Shown one piece after another: positions 24,415 to 32,000 of a DNA stretch of 32,000 nucleotides (the stretch's first letter is position 1; every line of letters starts with the position of its first letter). The notes beneath the pieces were generated by a model. It searched no databases. It was not told the origin of the DNA and worked only from the letters and a program-made list of their open reading frames with translations. The position numbers and the translations under genes were made by a program. This stretch comes from Candidatus Hadarchaeota archaeon (GTDB lineage Archaea > Hadarchaeota > Hadarchaeia > Hadarchaeales > Hadarchaeaceae): assembly GCA_964514965.1 (NCBI GenBank), contig CAZETV010000001.1:240001-272000 (forward strand), in the 5' to 3' direction.

Positions 24415-24707
24415 TGCTAGCTTTGATGGGGGGCTGGATGGGAGTCACTGAAGACATAAACTGGCTCAAATATGACGAAGACGGCGTGGAAAAAGTTTTC
24501 ATGATAATTGCCAACAAGGAAGGCGCTAAGCTCCAAGAAATCCGTGAGCTTTTCGGCACGGAGGACTGGTGGCCTATAAAAAACCATTTGCGTGCCCTCA
24601 CCGACCGAAATTTAGTCACCGGAGTTGAGGGAATTTACAAGCTGACTGAGAATGGACGAAAGGTGCTTGAAGGATTTAAGGCGATGGAATACGTCGAGCC
24701 AGTTTAA
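24414..24707 (+). CDS. Small winged-helix (wHTH) protein; function unknown
   Basis: KLQEIRELFG...WPIKNHLRALTDRNLVTGVEGIYKLTENGRKVL looks like helix-turn-helix plus a wing. The start is uncertain: GTG 24414 overlaps the ABCE1 stop, and ATG 24426 and 24438 are alternatives. Confidence 0.55.
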   Translation: MLALMGGWMGVTEDINWLKYDEDGVEKVFMIIANKEGAKLQEIRELFGTEDWWPIKNHLRALTDRNLVTGVEGIYKLTENGRKVLEGFKAMEYVEPV

Positions 24708-24946
24708 ACTGAAATTGCTGAAACATTTCCCCCTTTGATTAACAAAATTTTATGTTTAACGGCGGAACCCTCGCTTGAGAGTTCCTCAGCTTCCTCAAGC
24801 ACTAGGTTCATATGGGCGTCATACTGGGTCAGCTTGCCGCGAAATTTTCGGCCGTCTTTTGCGCTGACCACTACGGTGGCATTCATAAACTTCTCTAGGT
24901 CAACCTGCGTTTCTTTCTCGGTTTCTGTCCGTGCTTCTCCTACCAT
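24704..24946 (-). CDS. Sm-like archaeal protein (SmAP/LSm)
   Basis: The Sm1 and Sm2 motifs are VVVSAKDGRKFRGKLTQYDAHMNLVLEEAEE ... ILLIKGGNVSAI. Confidence 0.9.
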   Translation of the reverse strand: MVGEARTETEKETQVDLEKFMNATVVVSAKDGRKFRGKLTQYDAHMNLVLEEAEELSSEGSAVKHKILLIKGGNVSAISV

Positions 24947-24975
24947 CTAATTCCCAATTGATGCTCGGTCTGCCA

Positions 24976-24995
24976 CTTTATAAGCTTTATAAATT
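24976..24995. promoter_or_regulatory. Tandem TATA boxes CTTTATAAG-CTTTATAAA in the divergent Sm / radA intergenic region
   Basis: The first copy lies about 30 nt from the Sm ATG (24946, minus strand). The second lies about 72 nt upstream of the radA TTG (25065), which has its own GGAGGTGG SD. Confidence 0.4.
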
Positions 24996-25064
24996 ACTTT
25001 CGGTGACCTCTCTCCCCTAAAATCACTTAAATCATGCACAAGAGGGGCGCATGGAGGTGGTAGA

Positions 25065-25997
25065 TTGATTGAATTTGAGGAACTTGAAGGGGTCGGGCCG
25101 GCGATTGCGGAGAAACTCCATTCGGCCGGTTACGATTCGTTGGAGAGCATAGCAGTAGCCACCACAGGCGAACTAATGGAGGCCGCTGAGGTGGGGATGC
25201 GGGTAGCGGTAAAGGTGATAAATGCCGCCCGCGATGCAGCGAACATGGGATATGAAAAGGCGAGCGAGGTGATGGAACGTCGGAAGCACCTCGGGTACAT
25301 CTCGACGGGGAGCCCCGCGCTAGACAAAATAATCGGCGGGGGAGTCGAGACACAAGGGGTGACAGAGGTGTTTGGTGAATTCGGGTCGGGGAAGTCCCAG
25401 ATAGCCCACCAACTCTGCATCAACGTTCAGCGTCCACCAGAGCAGGGAGGACTAAAAGGAAAATCCCTCTTCATCGACACCGAAAATACATTCAGGCCCG
25501 AGCGCATTACGCAGATGGCGCGTGCGGTGGGGCTAGAACCCGAAGTAGTACTCGAGAACATTTACATCGCTCGAGCGCGCACGACCGACCACCAGATGCT
25601 TTTGGCCGAGAAGATCCAAGAGATGGCGAAGGAGGGAGATGTAAAACTCGTCGTGATAGATTCGCTCACCTCTCTTTTCCGAGTCGAGTACTGCGGGCGG
25701 GGGGCGCTTGCTGAACGGCAGCAGAAACTGGGGCGTCACATTGCGGCGCTGCACAAGATTGCGGAGCTAAACGATCTCGCGGTTTTCGTGACAAACCAAG
25801 TGATGGCGAAGCCTGATATGCTTTTCGGGGATCCGACCAAGCCCATCGGGGGACACGTAATAGGACACTCAATGACCACGCGGGTCTACCTGCGAAAGAG
25901 CAAGGCAAACACTAGGGTTGCCAAGCTCATAGACCATCCCGGGTTGCCCCCAGAGAGCGCGACATTTCAGATAGCCGAAGCGGGAATCAGGGATTGA
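25065..25997 (+). CDS. radA: DNA repair and recombination protein RadA
   Basis: An N-terminal HhH domain ([17 protein letters not shown]) is followed by Walker [10 protein letters not shown] and Walker [15 protein letters not shown] is also present. The TTG start is preceded by GGAGGTGG. Confidence 0.95.
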   Translation: MIEFEELEGVGPAIAEKLHSAGYDSLESIAVATTGELMEAAEVGMRVAVKVINAARDAANMGYEKASEVMERRKHLGYISTGSPALDKIIGGGVETQGVTEVFGEFGSGKSQIAHQLCINVQRPPEQGGLKGKSLFIDTENTFRPERITQMARAVGLEPEVVLENIYIARARTTDHQMLLAEKIQEMAKEGDVKLVVIDSLTSLFRVEYCGRGALAERQQKLGRHIAALHKIAELNDLAVFVTNQVMAKPDMLFGDPTKPIGGHVIGHSMTTRVYLRKSKANTRVAKLIDHPGLPPESATFQIAEAGIRD

Positions 25998-27180
25998 GTT
26001 CGGAAGTTTCTGCACGCGAGGGCTTCAATGCTGCTATCATAAGCAACGCTGCCACGAATGAAAGCATTGCAGCAAAAGCAAATGCGGCCCATGAACCGAT
26101 AACCTGCCAAAGTACTCCTGCGATAACACTGGCTGGAAATAATGCCAATCCGGTAGCGGTGTGGAAAGTTCCCATTGCAGTCCCCCAAAGTCGTGGGACT
26201 ACCAAATCGGCGACATAAGCGCGTTGAACTCCCACAACTAAGCCCATAAAAACACCGTAGAATGCGAACAACGGTAGTGCTTGCCATGCGCTAGTTGCCA
26301 AAGCCAATCCCACGGAAGTGAAGCCGAAAATACAATAGCCCGCGGCGATTACAGGGCGCCTCCCTATGCGGTCGGACAGCACGCCAGCTGGGAGCGAGAC
26401 CAAAGCATAGACCACGTTGAAGAGCATGTAGAGAAGCACCACCTGCCCGGCTCCTAGCCCAAGTTCAGAGGCTCGAAGAATCAGAAATGCCCAGCTTAGG
26501 TTCCCTAGCGAGAATAAAGTAACAACTGCGAGATAGCGTCTGAAACTTGGGCTGAGCGAGCCAAGGCCAGCCTTAAAGGATAGCTTGGGAGCCCGCTTTC
26601 TCTTCACCTCACGTGCGAAGAACGCGAGGACGGCGACCGCTAGTATTGCTGGAATCGAGGCGATCAGGAAGATGTCTCTGAATCCAAAGTAGAGCAATAG
26701 CAGGAACGCGAACGCTGGGCCTAAGCTTGCGCCGACAGTGTCGAGGGCACGGTGAAATCCAAATGCTTTCCCCCTGATGTTCGACGCGCATGAGTCTGCG
26801 AGCAGAGCATCCCGGGGGGAGGTCCTGATCCCTTTCCCAACTCGATCCATAAATCTCACCCCGAGTGCATGGAACCATGTGCTGGCGAGGGCGAGGAATG
26901 GTTTGGCTAAGGTGGAAAGCCAGTAGCCTCCTAAAATCAAGGGCTTCCGCTTGCCGATGCGGTCCGACCACCATCCCGAGAAAACTTTGAGAAGGCTCGC
27001 CACGCTCTCCGCTAGTCCCTCGATGAGCCCCAGCACGGCCGGAGTAGCACCGAGAACCTGGACAGTAAAGAGGGGGAAGAGAGGCAATATCATCTCTGTG
27101 CTTATGTCAGTGAGCAAGCTGCCGATCCCGAGCACGATGACGTTGAACCCCACTCCTGTAAAAAATCCCTTCTGCTTCAT
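25987..27180 (-). CDS. MFS transporter
   Basis: The protein is 397 aa with about 12 TM helices. MFS loop motifs are [12 protein letters not shown] and LSDRIGRRP. Confidence 0.85.
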   Translation of the reverse strand: MKQKGFFTGVGFNVIVLGIGSLLTDISTEMILPLFPLFTVQVLGATPAVLGLIEGLAESVASLLKVFSGWWSDRIGKRKPLILGGYWLSTLAKPFLALASTWFHALGVRFMDRVGKGIRTSPRDALLADSCASNIRGKAFGFHRALDTVGASLGPAFAFLLLLYFGFRDIFLIASIPAILAVAVLAFFAREVKRKRAPKLSFKAGLGSLSPSFRRYLAVVTLFSLGNLSWAFLILRASELGLGAGQVVLLYMLFNVVYALVSLPAGVLSDRIGRRPVIAAGYCIFGFTSVGLALATSAWQALPLFAFYGVFMGLVVGVQRAYVADLVVPRLWGTAMGTFHTATGLALFPASVIAGVLWQVIGSWAAFAFAAMLSFVAALLMIAALKPSRAETSELNP

Positions 27181-27203
27181 TCGTCCACGACTCAGGAAGG
27201 GTT

Positions 27204-29063
27204 TTAGCTCCCAACGAATATCGGACGCATTGAAAGCAACTTCGGTAACGCAAGCGGTCTAAAAGGCATGCCACTGGTCTTTTTGACGATTTCAGCGGCG
27301 AGTTCCTTCACGGTCATAGGTTGAAGAGTCTTCTTTCCCCGGACCCTCACAGGCAATTTTTTCATTTTCAATTCTTTGTCCCCAAGCACGACGATGAAAT
27401 TAATCCATTCGCGCTCTGCGTCTCGCACCTTCTTCGAAACGGACTCGGATCGATCATCGATATCGACGCGGACGCGAGCCTTTTCCAGAGTATTTGCGAT
27501 TCGCCCACAAGATTTGATGTGGCGGTCGGCCAGCGGGATAATTCTGATTTGAGTCGGTGAGAGCCAGAGCGGCAAGCTTGGGGCTTTTCCTGTTTTTTGT
27601 GCTTTCGCCGCTTCTTCCAGCGTTGCATATATCCACCGCTCGATTGAACCTATGGAGGAATGTAAAATTATGCACCCTTTCTTTTTTCCGCTCTCATCCA
27701 CGTATCGGATACCGTATCGCTCGGAGTCTTCCATGTCGAGTTGAACAGTTGCGAGTTGGGCATTTCCTCCAACCGAGTCAATCACCTGAAACTCGTGCTT
27801 GAGCACCCAGTAGTGCTTGCGTTCTGGCAAAAGCTCGATGAAGGCTGAGCGCTTGACGAGCTTGAGCAACCGCACGAAGAAGGACTTGTTTTGCTGGTAG
27901 AAATCTTCAAGAGTACGAAACGCTACGACATAATCTACTTCCATCGATTTGGTCATCCTGGCATAGATTTTGAAGAGTTGCTCGTACTCCTTCATCCCCT
28001 GCTTCAGATCCCGGCAAAAGCAATGTATGTCTGGCATGGTGAAGGCCCTAAGGCGCTTGAGCCCCACGCACTCGCCGCTCTGCTCCAGCCGGTACGAGGG
28101 TGAAAGCTCAAATATCCGCACGGGCATCTGGCGGTAGCTCATCACTGTATTTTTCATCATCTTGAATAATCCGAAATCCCCTGCGAACCGGAGGAGCAGC
28201 GTTCGGTTCGGAAACTTAATCTTGTAATCCTTCTGGTAGAAGCGTGCGGCCTGCTCCGCGATGTCCGGCTCATCTGCGCGGTAGAGCACCGGAGTCTCTA
28301 TCTTACTGGCCCCTAGTTCTTCCGAGAGCTGGATCGCCAACTCTTCCAGCAGCCTTTTTATGAGCGCTCCTTTCGGATAGAAGCGGAAATGTCCTGCGTC
28401 ACTTGCGGGCTCGTAGTCGACCAACTCCAAGCGCCGCATCAGCTTGATATGGGCGGGCTCCTCCCCAAGCTTGCGCCCGAGCTCTTCGCTGAGCACGAAC
28501 TGTCTAAGTTGGGAGTTCTTTGCGAGCGGTTCGCAAGCGTCGATGTTAGAGAGGTCTAGCTCGTGCTCTGCTCCGTCGGGGGTGAGGATTATCCGTTTGC
28601 TTGGGACGCCTTCTGGGGCCTGAGCCTCAGCCTCTACGGTCTCAGCGGTTATCGTCCGTGAAAGTTCCGACAGGGGATGTCCCTTGCAGCTGAGCTTGAA
28701 TGACTTGTACCAGCCGAATGGCAAGCGGTAGACTTCTAGGCCGAGTTCACGCAGCGCTCCGGCAGTGGCATCGAGCAATTTGATGGCGACCTTCGGGGAC
28801 GCGAGCGATGAACTGAGGTGGGCGTATGGATAGACGGCGACTCTTTTTGCTTCAACCTTTTGGGCAACCTCCGCGATTTCCCGGGAGGCGTTCTTCGATA
28901 TTCCTTCAATGTTATTTCCGTCCTCCTCTTCTGCAGCCACAAAGACCACTAGTACCTCTTCGAGGCGCCCTGAACGTTTCTCAGACGGAACATCCTCTGC
29001 TATGGGGGTACGCTGCTTGGTCTCGAACTCTAGGAAATCTGAGTGAATCAACAGAACCCTCAA
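27204..29063 (-). CDS. thrS: Threonine--tRNA ligase (archaeal type with N-terminal DTD-like editing domain)
   Basis: MRVLLIHSDFLEFETK... is the archaeal ThrRS editing-domain N-terminus. A class II catalytic core and anticodon-binding domain follow. The TTG start is preceded by GGTGAG. Confidence 0.95.
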   Translation of the reverse strand: MRVLLIHSDFLEFETKQRTPIAEDVPSEKRSGRLEEVLVVFVAAEEEDGNNIEGISKNASREIAEVAQKVEAKRVAVYPYAHLSSSLASPKVAIKLLDATAGALRELGLEVYRLPFGWYKSFKLSCKGHPLSELSRTITAETVEAEAQAPEGVPSKRIILTPDGAEHELDLSNIDACEPLAKNSQLRQFVLSEELGRKLGEEPAHIKLMRRLELVDYEPASDAGHFRFYPKGALIKRLLEELAIQLSEELGASKIETPVLYRADEPDIAEQAARFYQKDYKIKFPNRTLLLRFAGDFGLFKMMKNTVMSYRQMPVRIFELSPSYRLEQSGECVGLKRLRAFTMPDIHCFCRDLKQGMKEYEQLFKIYARMTKSMEVDYVVAFRTLEDFYQQNKSFFVRLLKLVKRSAFIELLPERKHYWVLKHEFQVIDSVGGNAQLATVQLDMEDSERYGIRYVDESGKKKGCIILHSSIGSIERWIYATLEEAAKAQKTGKAPSLPLWLSPTQIRIIPLADRHIKSCGRIANTLEKARVRVDIDDRSESVSKKVRDAEREWINFIVVLGDKELKMKKLPVRVRGKKTLQPMTVKELAAEIVKKTSGMPFRPLALPKLLSMRPIFVGS

Positions 29064-29326
29064 TTGCTCACCGCGTGCACTTGAATCCCTGAATTTAATA
29101 AACTATTCCCAAAACGGTTCTGTTTTGAATCTGAGGGTTTTGCATTTGTGGTGTTGGAATAGGTTGTAAGTTTTAAGATTAACTTAATATCTAAAAGATT
29201 ATTACAAGTGAAACTAACAAAAAATTATCCAATGAGACGCGGGAGATATAATTTGCCTAAAAAATAACCGAGACTGGCATCTGTCCCGCATAAAGTTGAT
29301 AAACTAAAACTATCACGAGTATTAAC

Positions 29327-30190
29327 ATGCTTCCGTTAGCTTTTGCACTTGCTTTTGTAGCGACCATCTGCTGGGGCTTAGCCCAGATAGTTGGAAAACT
29401 AGCTTCTAGGAGTGTGGATGTGCCAGTTCTCAATGCAATTAGAACATCATTCGCTTCGATACTGCTCCTCGTATATCTCTTGTCTACAGAAGGGTTGAAC
29501 TATTTCGGGGCAGCGCTGACATCACTGGCAGCCCTAACTGGAGTAATTGCATGGTGCGTGGCGTCCATGTTTTTCTTTTACCTAATGCAGAGGGAGGCCG
29601 CCTACAGGATTGCTCCCATCAGTAATACTCAGCCCTTGTGGGGGGTTATAGCTGCGGTGTTGCTCTTGGGCGAAGAAGCAAAGCCCGCAATCTTTCTATC
29701 AGTCACCCTAGTGATTCTCGGATCGTATTTTCTGGCCCCAAAGGGAGACCAAGACAAATCGAGACTTTGGAACCCAAAACTCTTCCTGGCTCTTCTAGTG
29801 GGTATTTTGTGGGGGATTCCAATCGCTTTGAACAAATACTGTCTTAGTGGGGGGATGTCGCCCGCAATCTTTCTCTTTGTGGGATTAGTCTCCGCATCTG
29901 CGGCTTGCAACGTCACGATGTTCGCTTACCGCGCTAAGAAGAGGGTAAACTTCAATGGAAGGGGTATATGGTTTAGCATTCTATCCGGTGTCATCGGCCT
30001 GTTTGTGGGACAACTTCTGTGGCAACATGCTCTGAGAATCGAAGAAGCGAGCGCACTCTCCCCTGTGGTTGGATCCGTGGCACCGCTTGCCTTCCTCTTC
30101 AGCATATTATTCTTGGGGGAGAGACCCACCAAAAGAGCGATTCTAGGGATGGTCATCATGTTTACAGGAATATTATTAATCACTGTATAG
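29327..30190 (+). CDS. EamA/DMT-family transporter
   Basis: The protein is 287 aa with 10 TM helices arranged as two EamA repeats. Confidence 0.85.
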   Translation: MLPLAFALAFVATICWGLAQIVGKLASRSVDVPVLNAIRTSFASILLLVYLLSTEGLNYFGAALTSLAALTGVIAWCVASMFFFYLMQREAAYRIAPISNTQPLWGVIAAVLLLGEEAKPAIFLSVTLVILGSYFLAPKGDQDKSRLWNPKLFLALLVGILWGIPIALNKYCLSGGMSPAIFLFVGLVSASAACNVTMFAYRAKKRVNFNGRGIWFSILSGVIGLFVGQLLWQHALRIEEASALSPVVGSVAPLAFLFSILFLGERPTKRAILGMVIMFTGILLITV

Positions 30191-30311
30191 GTTCAACTCA
30201 GTCCAGCAAATCTGGTACAAAGAGTCATTGTACAGTTTAGTACGAAAATTTAATCGCGACACTAAACCCCACGTTATATTTTTAATTAACAAGAATTTAG
30301 TGTTCCAAGCC

Positions 30312-31640
30312 CTACTTCTTGAACTGCGGCATGTATTCGGCGTGAGCTTTCAAAAGTTCATCCATCATGGCCTTTGCAGCGTTCATATCGTGGACGTATG
30401 GACACGCGATGAGCGCCTGGTACAGCACGTTCTTGTCGCCGCTCAGCGCAGCGTCCACGGTCAGCTCCTGCCAGTTTAGGATGTGCTGTGCCAACCCCAA
30501 GAAAGGCTTGGGCAATTCTCCCATAGCTATAGGTGTCAATCCACGCTTGTTCACTGTACAGGGGCCTTCTACTATAGAATCGTTGGGGAGATTCGTGATA
30601 ATCCCCTTGTTCGGGAAATTGATGCCTCCCCACTCCCTTCCATCGTCAGCGGATATGCTAACCAGTATGCCTATGGCTTGTCTTGAATGGTACAACTCGA
30701 AACAATATTCGGATGGGTGTTGGTCGTATTTGGCCCCACCCAATAATTCCTCAACGAACTTCCAACGTGATTCGGACCACCCCAGTAGCGACCCCTCAAC
30801 GGGAGGCCTTCCTTTTCTTTCCTTGAAAATCTCGTTGTAGTCCCAATACACGCGGTCGTGAGATGAGCATGCATTCAAGTATCCAAATGCTTCGAAGAGT
30901 TTCATCGAAAAATCCAAGAACTGATCGTGGGGCCTCTCCCCCGTATATTTCCTGAGCCGTTCTTTCAGTAGGGGGTAGCCATCTTTTCCGTTGACCTGTA
31001 AATCCACTAGCCAGCTCAAGTGATTTACCCCTATGGCGCGCGGTCTTAGATCCTCACTAACACAGTAACGCCTTGAGAATGGAGGCATGTTGAGCACTCT
31101 CGGCAAGAGTGTCATGGATAACCCTGCGAAGCAGTCACATATCGAGATAAACCTGACATCAGTTTCCCGCCGAACTGCGTCGGCTATGAGATTTGCAGGG
31201 TTTATATAACTGATGACACTAGCTTCAGGGCACAAATCCTCTACCATCCTGCAGTATTCGAGAGTAGCTGGAATGGTACATTGAGCCATGAATGTTCCAC
31301 CCGGTCCGGAAGTTTCATCACCGCATATGCCGTGCTTTGTTGGGATTTCGATATCGTACTTCATGTGTTGTAACCCACCAACCCTATAACCAAGCAAAAC
31401 AAATGTCGCGCTTTCAAGTGCCTCTTTGGGGTCGGTTGTTGAACTGAACTTTATGTCCGCCCCATTCCTCTTGGATAATTCCGCTCCAAGTTTGGTCAAT
31501 TTGGGTAGGCGGCTTGAATCTATGTCCATCAAGCATACCTCACTTCCGTTGAGGGTTTCCTTGTTCTCCAGAATTGTATAAATCAAGGATGGAACGAAAG
31601 GACTTCCGCCTCCGAGAAGAACTATCTTCTCATCTGACAT
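30312..31640 (-). CDS. Glycoside hydrolase family 4 (NAD+/Mn2+-dependent glycosidase)
   Basis: The N-terminal Rossmann motif is KIVLLGGGSPFVPS. GH4-like YINPANL and ICDCFAG are present, and the size fits (about 442 aa). ATG 31640 is preceded by AAGAGGT. The track start at 31676 is less likely. Confidence 0.8.
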   Translation of the reverse strand: MSDEKIVLLGGGSPFVPSLIYTILENKETLNGSEVCLMDIDSSRLPKLTKLGAELSKRNGADIKFSSTTDPKEALESATFVLLGYRVGGLQHMKYDIEIPTKHGICGDETSGPGGTFMAQCTIPATLEYCRMVEDLCPEASVISYINPANLIADAVRRETDVRFISICDCFAGLSMTLLPRVLNMPPFSRRYCVSEDLRPRAIGVNHLSWLVDLQVNGKDGYPLLKERLRKYTGERPHDQFLDFSMKLFEAFGYLNACSSHDRVYWDYNEIFKERKGRPPVEGSLLGWSESRWKFVEELLGGAKYDQHPSEYCFELYHSRQAIGILVSISADDGREWGGINFPNKGIITNLPNDSIVEGPCTVNKRGLTPIAMGELPKPFLGLAQHILNWQELTVDAALSGDKNVLYQALIACPYVHDMNAAKAMMDELLKAHAEYMPQFKK

Positions 31641-32000
31641 TTTTTGAACCTCTTTTAATCGTTGATTTTTAATCATTTAAAAGTGATGTTGCAAGCTTAG
31701 CTTTGCACAATGATTAGTTTTCTGCACAAAATTGATCAAGGCCGCGGAAGATTCTTTAACGCCTCAGCCCAAAATATTACCTCGTTAAACCATGCGCTAA
31801 CACTCTCTAATGAAACTTAAATTTCAATTTTCATGACTTTTTGATAAAACGCAGGAACCCTTAATATTTTCCTTGATGCTCAAGCCGCGTGGTATTTGCA
31901 ATATCGGCTGCATACTTTGGATGATTTCTATAAGTTCGTCCATGGAGACCCCGCCACCGACTATATCGTTGAAATTGGAGCGATATCCTAATTACCCACC

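Noticed and set aside
19289-26974. Long antisense ORFs inside coaBC (19289..19675, 19701..20066), ABCE1 (23810..24163), radA (25027..25353) and the MFS gene (26609..26974)
   Set aside because: Each lies opposite a gene with unambiguous homology. They are Arg/Ser/Pro/Ala-rich, which is the usual signature of stop-poor antisense frames in GC-rich coding DNA.
29064-29326. 263-nt AT-rich divergent intergenic region between thrS and the EamA gene, inspected for sRNAs or repeats
   Set aside because: Only TATA-like boxes were found (AATTTAATAAAC near thrS; GATATAAT and ATAAAGTT near EamA), plus a 6-bp inverted repeat GCGGGA/TCCCGC with a 39-nt loop. Nothing exceeds what a bidirectional promoter region would show.
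31824-31943. 39-aa minus-strand ORF (MDELIEIIQSMQPILQIPRGLSIKENIKGSCVLSKSHEN) with GGTGG 10 nt upstream, near the window end
   Set aside because: The composition is plausible, but the ORF is very short, no family was recognised, and the window ends 57 nt upstream. It cannot be supported without conservation data.
1-32000. CRISPR arrays, IS elements, integrases, prophage genes, toxin-antitoxin pairs and defence islands
   Set aside because: No regularly spaced direct repeats, no transposase-, integrase- or Cas-like translations, and no runs of consecutive hypothetical genes were seen. The only adjacent unknowns (21993..22250 and 22301..22573) are convergent and show no informative motifs.

Overview
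This is a gene-dense chromosomal segment with roughly 38 CDS, one tRNA and one RNase P RNA. It is clearly archaeal. The evidence is an archaeal-type RNase P RNA, RadA, ABCE1, an Sm-like protein, ThrRS with the archaeal N-terminal editing domain, archaeal PPAT plus pantoate kinase, inositol-phospholipid genes and an intron-containing tRNA. Strong GGAGGTGA-like Shine-Dalgarno sites are common. The lineage cannot be named from this window.

The content is mostly housekeeping:
- hisS, proS and thrS
- proBA
- a CoA block (PPAT, CoaBC, pantoate kinase)
- NAD salvage (pncA, NAPRT)
- inositol lipid genes (MIPS, PfkB kinase, CDP-alcohol phosphatidyltransferase)
- DNA repair and recombination (endonuclease IV, RadA, an Hjc-like nuclease)
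- an oxidative-stress trio (EncFtn-like, reverse rubrerythrin, desulfoferrodoxin)
- an STT3/AglB-like glycosyltransferase
- transporters and a GH4 glycosidase

I found no CRISPR array, transposase or integrase, toxin-antitoxin pair or recognisable defence cluster. I cannot honestly point to a coherent novel multi-gene system.

The items most worth a second look are:
1. a zinc-ribbon::Hjc-like nuclease directly upstream of the inositol genes
2. an STT3/AglB homologue whose WWDYG catalytic motif is degenerate (QWSFGH)
3. an orphan EncFtn-like gene in a low-GC cassette between RNase P RNA and a tRNA 3' end
4. a tRNA-Arg(CCU) with a 17-nt intron at non-canonical position 29/30
5. a nitroreductase whose conserved N-terminus is cut by an in-frame TGA
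6. a 73-nt GC-rich structured element with an H/ACA-like layout upstream of proS

All family assignments come from reading the translated ORFs and recalling family motifs. No database search was run.
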